Counted from the first letter of the stretch, positions 1 through 5,876 are shown. The stretch: 6,029 bases of DNA from Nitrososphaerota archaeon (GCA_002713205.1 PAVW01000016.1:2443-8471); one strand, 5' to 3'. The notes: generated by a model from the letters alone, not told the origin. Program-made: numbers and translations.

Positions 1-65
1 TCTATAGCTTTAAAATCACCGTAAGCTTTTGTAACATTTGTTGCGTTAATTGATATTTCTCCCAT
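1..65 (-). CDS. ABC transporter ATP-binding protein, N-terminal fragment (gene continues past the left edge)
   Basis: The reverse complement of 1..65 reads ATG GGA GAA ATA TCA ATT AAC GCA ACA AAT GTT ACA AAA GCT TAC GGT GAT TTT AAA GCT ATA, giving MGEISINATNVTKAYGDFKAI. This fits the usual opening strand of ABC ATPases (l-x-l-x-n-v-t-K-x-Y-g-x-x-x-a-l). An AGGGGA Shine-Dalgarno-like motif (complement of 71..76) lies 5 nt before the ATG at 65..63. The gene starts 57 nt downstream of the binding-protein gene on the same strand, with no T-tract between them. Only 21 codons are visible and the Walker A motif is outside the window. Confidence 0.45.
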   Translation of the reverse strand, partial: MGEISINATNVTKAYGDFKAI

Positions 66-122
66 TTAAATCCCCTAATGAAACATTGAGAGTAATTAAA
101 GATACTTAAGTATTTACTGCGA

Positions 123-1637
123 TTAAAAGCTAAAAGGGCCTTGATCTATTGCACGGTCCTCGATAATTTTTAATGCTTCTTTTGAAGTAATTTGACCGCG
201 AATTGCACGATTTAATTGGTTCATCATTTCTCCCTCAATATTATCCCACAGTGGAAATCCAGGTTTAATATTAATCTCTCCTTTATCTATTGCATCTTTT
301 ACAACGTTAAAATGACGTATGGTTCCTTCGCTAACAAGTTCCTTTACATGAGAATCTTCATAAACTGAAGTTCTTGTAGGAACAGCCAAAGCTAAAGGAT
401 CCATTGCAACTATCAATTGAGTTGCGGCAAATGTTGCCCATTGGATAAACACCCATGCAGCAGCAGGATTATTTGAATATCTTGGAATTGCCAATCCAGC
501 TCCACTATAATGATGTGATGCGCCACTTTCACCTACAGGATTACGAGCGTAACCAACGTCTCGAACCACATAAGATTCACCGGGAATATCCATCAAAGAA
601 GCAAATTCAGTAAGATTGAGCATAGTTGCGGCTCGTCTTTGGCCCATCGCTTCTGCAGCAGGAGCCCAACCATAAAATGCAGAATTTGGTTCTGCATATT
701 TACTGACCTCAAGATAATGATCAAGAGCTGCTAGTGATTGTTCGGTATTGATAGCCGAAGAAATTGTTCCATCTTTTTCTATATTCCAGAGCTTGCCTCC
801 AAAAGAATACAACCAATTATGAAATTCCATAACAATAGATGGAAACCGTGCAGCCATAAGAACTGTACCGAATTTTGCCTTAGTAGGTTCGTGGAAATGT
901 TTGACGTCGTCAAGATATTCATCCCATGTAACAGAAACGTCACGACCTTCTGCGGAATATAAATCCTTACGGAAGAACCTTATCATTAGAGGAACTTCTT
1001 GTGGAAATTGCAAAAATGTTCCATTGAATCCAACCTCCCAAGGTGGAAGACTCAGAGTTGGAGGATAGGTACAAGTAAAATCTATAACTGGTTTAACAAA
1101 TTCATCGATATTGAGATTAGGATAAGTTAACTCAGGATATGTTTCCATTAACTCTTCAATAGGAATCAAGTGAGGAGCAAATCTTCCGACTTGCGAAACA
1201 TCTATATTCATGACATCAAAAGTAGGAGATCGAGTAGAAATCGCTAACAAGCATTTTGCTAAATTATTACGATATATATCAAATTCCATGAGTACTTTAG
1301 TTCCAGTAGATGATTCAAAATCTATTTTATTTCTAAGTAAAGCACGAGGAGCAACTTCAGCTTCTATAGCAATACGCATTTCGGTGCCAGCTATATTATC
1401 AGAAATAGATTCCAACCAACGTATAAAATCTACATATTCATCAGGAAGGTAATTTTGAGGATTTTTAGGTATTGCTAATCTTGTGGAACGACCACTAGGA
1501 GCTGAAGAATTTCCAGGTATAGGTTCGGTTTGTTGTGGTTGGTTGAATTGGTTCAGTGCAAAATAACCCGACGCACCTAAACCTACAGCCGCACCCGCAT
1601 ATCCAAGGAATTTACGTCGTGAGATTTTCGATGACAA
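123..1637 (-). CDS. Extracellular solute-binding protein, family 1 (MalE/UgpB-like, CUT1-type ABC transporter component), Tat-exported; substrate unknown
   Basis: 504-codon ORF. The only canonical start ahead of the signal sequence is TTG at 1637..1635; an in-frame TAG lies at 1691..1689 with no ATG or GTG between. The N-terminus MSSKISRRKFLGYAGAAVGLGASGYFA carries a twin-arginine S-R-R-x-F-L motif plus a hydrophobic h-region, with no lipobox Cys. A Q/P/S-rich linker (QPQQTEPIPGNSSAPSG) follows. The body matches the family-1 SBP layout, for example TWDEYLDDVKHF...FGTVLMAARFPSIVMEFHNWLYSFGGKLWN..DGTISSAINTEQSLAALDHYLEV and AGLAIPRYSNNPAAAWVFIQWAT. Confidence 0.75.
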   Translation of the reverse strand: MSSKISRRKFLGYAGAAVGLGASGYFALNQFNQPQQTEPIPGNSSAPSGRSTRLAIPKNPQNYLPDEYVDFIRWLESISDNIAGTEMRIAIEAEVAPRALLRNKIDFESSTGTKVLMEFDIYRNNLAKCLLAISTRSPTFDVMNIDVSQVGRFAPHLIPIEELMETYPELTYPNLNIDEFVKPVIDFTCTYPPTLSLPPWEVGFNGTFLQFPQEVPLMIRFFRKDLYSAEGRDVSVTWDEYLDDVKHFHEPTKAKFGTVLMAARFPSIVMEFHNWLYSFGGKLWNIEKDGTISSAINTEQSLAALDHYLEVSKYAEPNSAFYGWAPAAEAMGQRRAATMLNLTEFASLMDIPGESYVVRDVGYARNPVGESGASHHYSGAGLAIPRYSNNPAAAWVFIQWATFAATQLIVAMDPLALAVPTRTSVYEDSHVKELVSEGTIRHFNVVKDAIDKGEINIKPGFPLWDNIEGEMMNQLNRAIRGQITSKEALKIIEDRAIDQGPFSF

Positions 1638-1746
1638 ATTGAAAATAATTACTATACCTGCGAAATAAACATTATGTAAATAGAATAACTATCAATATGA
1701 GAAGAAAATGCAAATTATTTATTCGTGGAAGAACTATTGAAACTAT
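1638..1746. promoter_or_regulatory. Divergent intergenic region that must carry promoters for both flanking units; candidate archaeal-type TATA boxes
   Basis: The two genes diverge from this 109-nt A/T-rich spacer. TTATTTATT at 1715..1723 is centred about 28 nt upstream of the ATG at 1747, with a purine-rich GAAGAAAA stretch just upstream. AAATAAAC at 1663..1670 (GTTTATTT on the minus strand) is centred about 29-30 nt upstream of the TTG at 1637. Neither start codon has a nearby Shine-Dalgarno motif, which fits leaderless or near-leaderless transcripts. The exact boxes are weak calls in A/T-rich DNA. Confidence 0.4.
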
Positions 1747-2829
1747 ATGACAGATTTAAGTATTCAATCATTATCTAAAAAATTTAGCAATAATTTAGTT
1801 GTAGATAATATTAGCTTTGATGTCTTAGATAAATCGTTTATCACAATTCTTGGGCCAAGTGGTTGTGGAAAGACAACAGTACTTCGATGTATTGCAGGTG
1901 TTGAACAACCTGATGAAGGAATAATAAAAATTGGGAATCAAACGTTATTTTCGAAAAAAAACAATATCATGATTCCAACTGAAAAAAGAGGAATGGGAAT
2001 GGTCTATCAATCATATGCACTATGGCCTCATCTAACTGTATTTGAGAATATTGCATATCCATTAAAAATTAGAAATTTATCAAAATCTGAAATTGATGAA
2101 AAAGTAATGGAAATTATTAAATTAGTAAGGTTAAATGGGTTAGAAGATAGATTAGTTCCAAATTTAAGCGGAGGACAACAGCAGAGAGTTGCTTTAGCAA
2201 GAGCTTTGGTTTATAATCCAAAACTACTTCTTTTAGATGAACCATTAAGTAATCTTGATGTAATCCTGCGAGATGAAATGAGAACTGAACTTAAAGAACT
2301 GCAACGGAAGTTAAAAATAACTACAATTTATGTAACACATGATAGAACGGAAGCACTTTCTCTAAGTGATCAGATAATTATTATGGATAAAGGAATGATT
2401 AAAGCATCAGGTACACCGGATTCATTATTAAATAATCCACCGAATTCATATGCTGGAATAATATTAGGAGATATGTCTATTTTAAGAGGAAGAGTAGTAA
2501 ACTTGGACAAATCCATGGCGACTATCAGTATACAAGGAAATAATCTGATTTGTCAGCGTATAGATCAAATAGAAAAAGGCGATGATGTAAAAGTTTTATT
2601 GAAAGGTCCTGAGGTAATAATTCATAATTCGACAAGAACAGGCTCAAATATATTTCAAGCAGTTATAAAAACTTCAGCGCATACTGGACAATTTATTGAA
2701 TATAAAATATTAATTAAAGATCAAAAAATTAAAGTTTCAAGAGCTATAACAGATTACCCATTGTACAAAGATGGAGACAACGTGTTCATTGAAATACCTT
2801 CATCAGCATGTTTGATAGTATTAGAATAA
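1747..2829 (+). CDS. ABC transporter ATP-binding protein, PotA/FbpC/CysA/MalK type with C-terminal TOBE-like regulatory domain
   Basis: 360-aa ORF with all the ABC ATPase motifs. These are Walker A GPSGCGKTT (res 36-44, nt 1852..1878), Q-loop VYQSYALWPHLTV (Q88) and signature LSGGQQQRVALARAL (nt 2164 onward). Walker B LLLLDEP is at nt 2224 onward, the D-loop is SNLD and the H-loop is IYVTHD (H198). The roughly 120-aa C-terminal extension (ILRGRVVNLDKSMATISIQG...VKVLLKGPEVIIH...IFQAVIKTSAHTGQFIEYKILI) has the beta-rich pattern of the TOBE/MalK-type regulatory domain. Confidence 0.9.
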   Translation: MTDLSIQSLSKKFSNNLVVDNISFDVLDKSFITILGPSGCGKTTVLRCIAGVEQPDEGIIKIGNQTLFSKKNNIMIPTEKRGMGMVYQSYALWPHLTVFENIAYPLKIRNLSKSEIDEKVMEIIKLVRLNGLEDRLVPNLSGGQQQRVALARALVYNPKLLLLDEPLSNLDVILRDEMRTELKELQRKLKITTIYVTHDRTEALSLSDQIIIMDKGMIKASGTPDSLLNNPPNSYAGIILGDMSILRGRVVNLDKSMATISIQGNNLICQRIDQIEKGDDVKVLLKGPEVIIHNSTRTGSNIFQAVIKTSAHTGQFIEYKILIKDQKIKVSRAITDYPLYKDGDNVFIEIPSSACLIVLE

Positions 2830-2894
2830 GAAAATAAGTTAGTATTATTCTAAATGATTTGTTATTATTCTCTTGAAATTTATATTTAGTTAAT

Positions 2895-4025
2895 ATGTCA
2901 GATTATCTTAAAGAATTAGAAAGAGATGCCAAAGCTGATGGAAGATTAGTAATATATGCGTCATTGAGGGGCGTTTTACAGAATTCTGTCAAGGCTTTTA
3001 GAAAAAAATATGAGCATCTAAATCTCCATGTAGAATATATTTCATCCCACCCAGTACCAATAGAAAGAAGAATCGAGGTTGAAGCAGAAGCATTCAAAAA
3101 TCTCAACGAGGAAGGAGATCCAGGTACCGCAGATGTGGTAATGATGCCGCAATTTATGCTAATACAAATGGCAAATAAAGGACTATTAAGAGAATGCATT
3201 CCAGAAATAAAAAGGACACATCTTAAACTATGGCCAAATGTAATCAAAGATGAAAATGCAACATGGGCAGCTATGGCTGTGGAGCCAACAGGAGTTGTGT
3301 ATAATGATGCATTATTTAAGAAATTATATGCTGATAAAGGAGGTTTGGATTATCTCCCAACAACATTTGAAGAATATACAGATCCAAAATGGAGTGAAGC
3401 TAATGGTAAACAAGTAATAGCTGGAAAGACGATTGAATCAAGTCATTGTATTCAATCTCTGGTAAGATTTCCTGAAGGAAAAATGGGATTCTATTATCTA
3501 ATTTCATTAAAAGAACACATAGGTGAAAGTAGATGGACAGAACTTATGAAAAGAATGGCGAATAATGTTAAGCCTAGTACATACGAATGCCTTTTACATA
3601 TGACGCATAACCTAGGATTAGGCCAACATATTTTCGGTCTTCCTGCGACACTTCGTAAACAAGGAATGGGAGATGATTATTCTTACATGAGAGAAGGAGG
3701 ACTAAAGCCACTAGTTCTTACAGATATTCCGCCATCTGCAATTGCAAGATGTGCAGGATTAACATCTGCAGGTAAAAACAAAAGTGCAGGAGAATTATTC
3801 CTTAACTTTATATTTAGTGCAGATTGGCAAGATGAATTAGGAAGAACGTTAGATGGGATGGTGCCAGCAAGACCTGGAACTGTCACTGAATATTGGGTAA
3901 GTCAAGCATTAGACAAAGGATTCATTCACTATCCAAAACCTGAACATGTAGCCAAAGAAAAAGAATACATTGAGGAATTCGAAAGTCTAGGACTCGGCAG
4001 TAATTTACCCAAAGGCACAGGATAG
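2895..4025 (+). CDS. Periplasmic-binding-protein-fold protein of the Fe(3+)/polyamine/thiamine type (FbpA/PotD-like, PBP2) lacking any signal peptide
   Basis: 376-aa ORF. The first ATG at 2895 is preceded by an in-frame TGA at 2874..2876, so no N-terminal extension is possible. The N-terminus MSDYLKELERDAKADGRLVIYASL is highly charged and enters directly into the first beta-strand typical of mature FbpA/PotD-type SBPs. Family-like blocks include GRLVIYAS...VKAFRKKYEHLNLHVEY, ADVVMMPQFMLIQMANKGLLRE, NATWAAMAVEPTGVVYNDALF, TFEEYTDPKW and AGLTSAGKNKSAGELFLNFIFSADWQDELGRTLDGMVPARPG. There is no hydrophobic segment at either terminus. Confidence 0.65.
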   Translation: MSDYLKELERDAKADGRLVIYASLRGVLQNSVKAFRKKYEHLNLHVEYISSHPVPIERRIEVEAEAFKNLNEEGDPGTADVVMMPQFMLIQMANKGLLRECIPEIKRTHLKLWPNVIKDENATWAAMAVEPTGVVYNDALFKKLYADKGGLDYLPTTFEEYTDPKWSEANGKQVIAGKTIESSHCIQSLVRFPEGKMGFYYLISLKEHIGESRWTELMKRMANNVKPSTYECLLHMTHNLGLGQHIFGLPATLRKQGMGDDYSYMREGGLKPLVLTDIPPSAIARCAGLTSAGKNKSAGELFLNFIFSADWQDELGRTLDGMVPARPGTVTEYWVSQALDKGFIHYPKPEHVAKEKEYIEEFESLGLGSNLPKGTG

Positions 4026-4064
4026 CACATTCAAGTTATTAAGAGCAAGTCAATTAATATTATT

Positions 4065-5876
4065 ATGAAAATAATACAGGCAGGCGCAATTTTAATACTC
4101 GTATTAATGATGTTAATGGCAAGTACGCCAACAATTTTTGCGCAAGAACCAGTTTTCAACTGGTTCAAACCTGCTGTTAACGATCACAATACAAATTTTT
4201 TCCCCCAAGATTCAATTAATCGAGATAATGTAGGGAATTTAGTTTTAAGTTGGATATATCAAGTGCCAGAAGATCCATTCAAGATTCCTTATGTTGCGCC
4301 ATCTCTAGGTTTACAAACTGCACCTTTAGTTGTAAATGGCATAATTTATTTTACAACTTTTTATAATCGTGTAATTGCATTAAATGCAGAAACGGGTGCA
4401 GAAATTTGGCAGTATCAAGTAGATGTAATGGAATTTGTAGATGAAGAATGGTGGTGGCCAGTTCTAAGTCAAAAAAGCATAACATATGAAGACGGAACAA
4501 TTTACTTTATGGCATCTGATTGTAGGATAATTGCTTTAGATGCTCTTGATGGCAGTGAAGTATTTGTAATTCCTGATGTCTGTAAAAATGTAGAAGGAAA
4601 CACTGGTTTCTATTTTGGAGAGCATGCCCCTTTAATATTTGAAAATTTGTTAATTGCACGGCCTTCAGTTCAAGATGGCGGAGGAAGAGGATTTGTTGTT
4701 GCATATGATTTAGATACATTAGATGAAGTATGGAGATGGTTTTCAGTACCACCTGTAGGAGGAGATCCAAAATGGGATTTCAAAGACGGGAATAAAGGAA
4801 ATATCAAACCATTCGAAGGTGATTGGGGTGAAACCGATCTAATAGGAGGAGGAGCTGTATGGAGCTTGATTTCCATTGATGAAGAAACAAGGACTATATA
4901 TTTTTCAACTGGAAGCAGTCCAGGAGTAACTGACGCTGCATTACGGCCAGGACCAAATCTTTATGCGAGTTCTATTGTAGCTTTAAATGTTGATACTGGT
5001 GAAATGCAATGGTATTATCAAATAGCACCACATGACATTAACGATCATGAGATAGGTTGGAGTGTAATTCTGGGTGAAATTGAAATTAAAGGGCAGATGA
5101 AAAAAGCCATAATGGCAGGTTCCAAAACCGATCATGTATTTGTTTTAGATGCTTTGTCAGGTCAACTTCTTCATGAGCCGTTAAGACTAGGCAATCAAGC
5201 ATTTAATGTTCCAAATGATAATGCAGGAAATAATGCAGATATGAAGATTTCGCAAAAGACACTAGTTGGAAAAACTTTTTGTCCTGGAGGTAATGGAGGA
5301 ATTGAACATGCAGGAGCATTTGCGTCAAATACACTATATTATGTTAGTCAAAAGGTCTGTTGGACTGTAACAGAGGGCCCAGTAAATTACAAAGGTAAAG
5401 ATATGCAAGGTTTTATCTATGGTGCAGCAGCTGGAGAAAAACAAAATGCTACAATGTTTGCAATTGATGTATCAGACATGAGTATAAAATGGGTTTTTGA
5501 AATGCCAAACAGATACCAAAGTTCTGGAGTTACAGTTAGTGGAGGAGTTATTTATGCGGTAGATAGAGCAAGTGTAATGTATGCAATTGATCAAGAAACA
5601 GGTAAAGAACTAAGAAGAATTCAATGGGGAGGACTAGGTGCAGGCAGTATCACATTAGGAGCAACTGCAAGAGGCGATATGATGTTATTCATACCATCAG
5701 GAGGAGGTCAAGTAGCAGCAAACACTCCAGGAATAATTGCTGCGTTTAAACTGCCTGAAGGCTCAACAGATTCTTCTGCAATTATAGGAACTACAAACGA
5801 GGTAATTTTACTTTTAATTGCATCAATAGCTGTAATATCAGCAATTTACATAGTTTTTAAAATTCGAACAAAGTGA
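4065..5876 (+). CDS. PQQ-dependent (quinoprotein) dehydrogenase, eight-bladed beta-propeller, Sec signal peptide plus C-terminal transmembrane anchor; substrate unknown
   Basis: 603-aa ORF. The N-terminus MKIIQAGAILILVLMMLMASTPTIFA|QEP is a Sec-type signal (nt 4065..4142). PQQ-propeller blade motifs (A-x-D/N-x-x-T/S-G-x-x-x-W) recur: ALNAETGAEIWQY, ALDALDGSEVF, AYDLDTLDEVWRW, ALNVDTGEMQWYY, VLDALSGQLLHE, AIDVSDMSIKWVF and AIDQETGKELRRI. Core blocks line up with quinoprotein alcohol/methanol dehydrogenases: GGGAVWSLISIDEETRTIYFSTGSSPG, APHDINDHEIGWSVILGE and GSKTDHVFVLD. The C-terminus is an S/T-rich linker (PEGSTDSSAIIGTTNE), a hydrophobic helix VILLLIASIAVISAIYIVF (nt 5802..5858) and a basic tail KIRTK. 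Confidence 0.85.
   Translation: MKIIQAGAILILVLMMLMASTPTIFAQEPVFNWFKPAVNDHNTNFFPQDSINRDNVGNLVLSWIYQVPEDPFKIPYVAPSLGLQTAPLVVNGIIYFTTFYNRVIALNAETGAEIWQYQVDVMEFVDEEWWWPVLSQKSITYEDGTIYFMASDCRIIALDALDGSEVFVIPDVCKNVEGNTGFYFGEHAPLIFENLLIARPSVQDGGGRGFVVAYDLDTLDEVWRWFSVPPVGGDPKWDFKDGNKGNIKPFEGDWGETDLIGGGAVWSLISIDEETRTIYFSTGSSPGVTDAALRPGPNLYASSIVALNVDTGEMQWYYQIAPHDINDHEIGWSVILGEIEIKGQMKKAIMAGSKTDHVFVLDALSGQLLHEPLRLGNQAFNVPNDNAGNNADMKISQKTLVGKTFCPGGNGGIEHAGAFASNTLYYVSQKVCWTVTEGPVNYKGKDMQGFIYGAAAGEKQNATMFAIDVSDMSIKWVFEMPNRYQSSGVTVSGGVIYAVDRASVMYAIDQETGKELRRIQWGGLGAGSITLGATARGDMMLFIPSGGGQVAANTPGIIAAFKLPEGSTDSSAIIGTTNEVILLLIASIAVISAIYIVFKIRTK

Noticed and set aside
102-113. Perfect 12-nt palindrome ATACTTAAGTAT between the SBP gene stop and the downstream ATPase start; considered as a terminator or operator
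   Set aside because: About one or more 12-nt palindromes are expected by chance in 6 kb of this composition. The possible stem is only 4-5 A/T-rich base pairs, and no T-tract follows on the transcribed (minus) strand. Co-transcription of the two genes is more likely.
738-962. 74-aa plus-strand ORF inside the minus-strand binding-protein gene; the same applies to the 80-aa ORF at 1210..1452
   Set aside because: Both are fully embedded antisense to a long ORF with clear family signatures. Their translations are low-complexity with no recognisable motifs, no start context and no promoter space. Such shadow ORFs are typical of A/T-rich coding DNA.
1954-1961. A8 homopolymer inside the ABC ATPase gene (also A7 at 3002..3008); considered as a frameshift or phase-variation site
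   Set aside because: The reading frame is intact through both runs and all downstream ATPase motifs are in frame. Runs of this length are unremarkable in an A/T-rich genome.
2854-2889. Mini-ORF MICYYSLEIYI upstream of the SBP-like gene; considered as a frameshifted remnant of a lost signal peptide or a leader peptide
   Set aside because: At 11 codons it is not signal-peptide-like (no basic n-region or long hydrophobic core). It is out of frame with the downstream gene and lies in promoter-like A/T-rich sequence.
2903-3247. 114-aa minus-strand ORF antisense to the SBP-like gene; the same applies to the 67-aa ORF at 3683..3886
   Set aside because: Both are antisense shadow ORFs within a well-supported coding region, with no domain-like sequence features.
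4507-4876. Two overlapping minus-strand ORFs (87 aa and 68 aa) antisense to the quinoprotein gene
   Set aside because: Both are embedded in the PQQ-propeller ORF, whose repeated blade motifs establish the plus-strand frame. Their translations are His/Gln/Leu- or Pro/Ser-rich noise.
4065-5876. Calling the quinoprotein a canonical methanol dehydrogenase (mxaF or xoxF)
   Set aside because: It lacks the vicinal Cys-Cys pair. It has D-H-E instead of D-Y-A or D-Y-D, and Lys where MDHs have Arg. It carries a C-terminal membrane anchor, and no mxaI/J/G-like genes are adjacent. Only the superfamily call is supported, so no gene symbol is assigned.
5755-5876. PGF-CTERM or PEF-CTERM archaeosortase signal at the quinoprotein C-terminus
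   Set aside because: The overall linker-helix-basic-tail architecture fits, but no PGF, PEF or PIP tripeptide lies directly before the helix. The nearest match is PEG, about 15 residues upstream. I kept it only as a low-confidence possibility in the findings.
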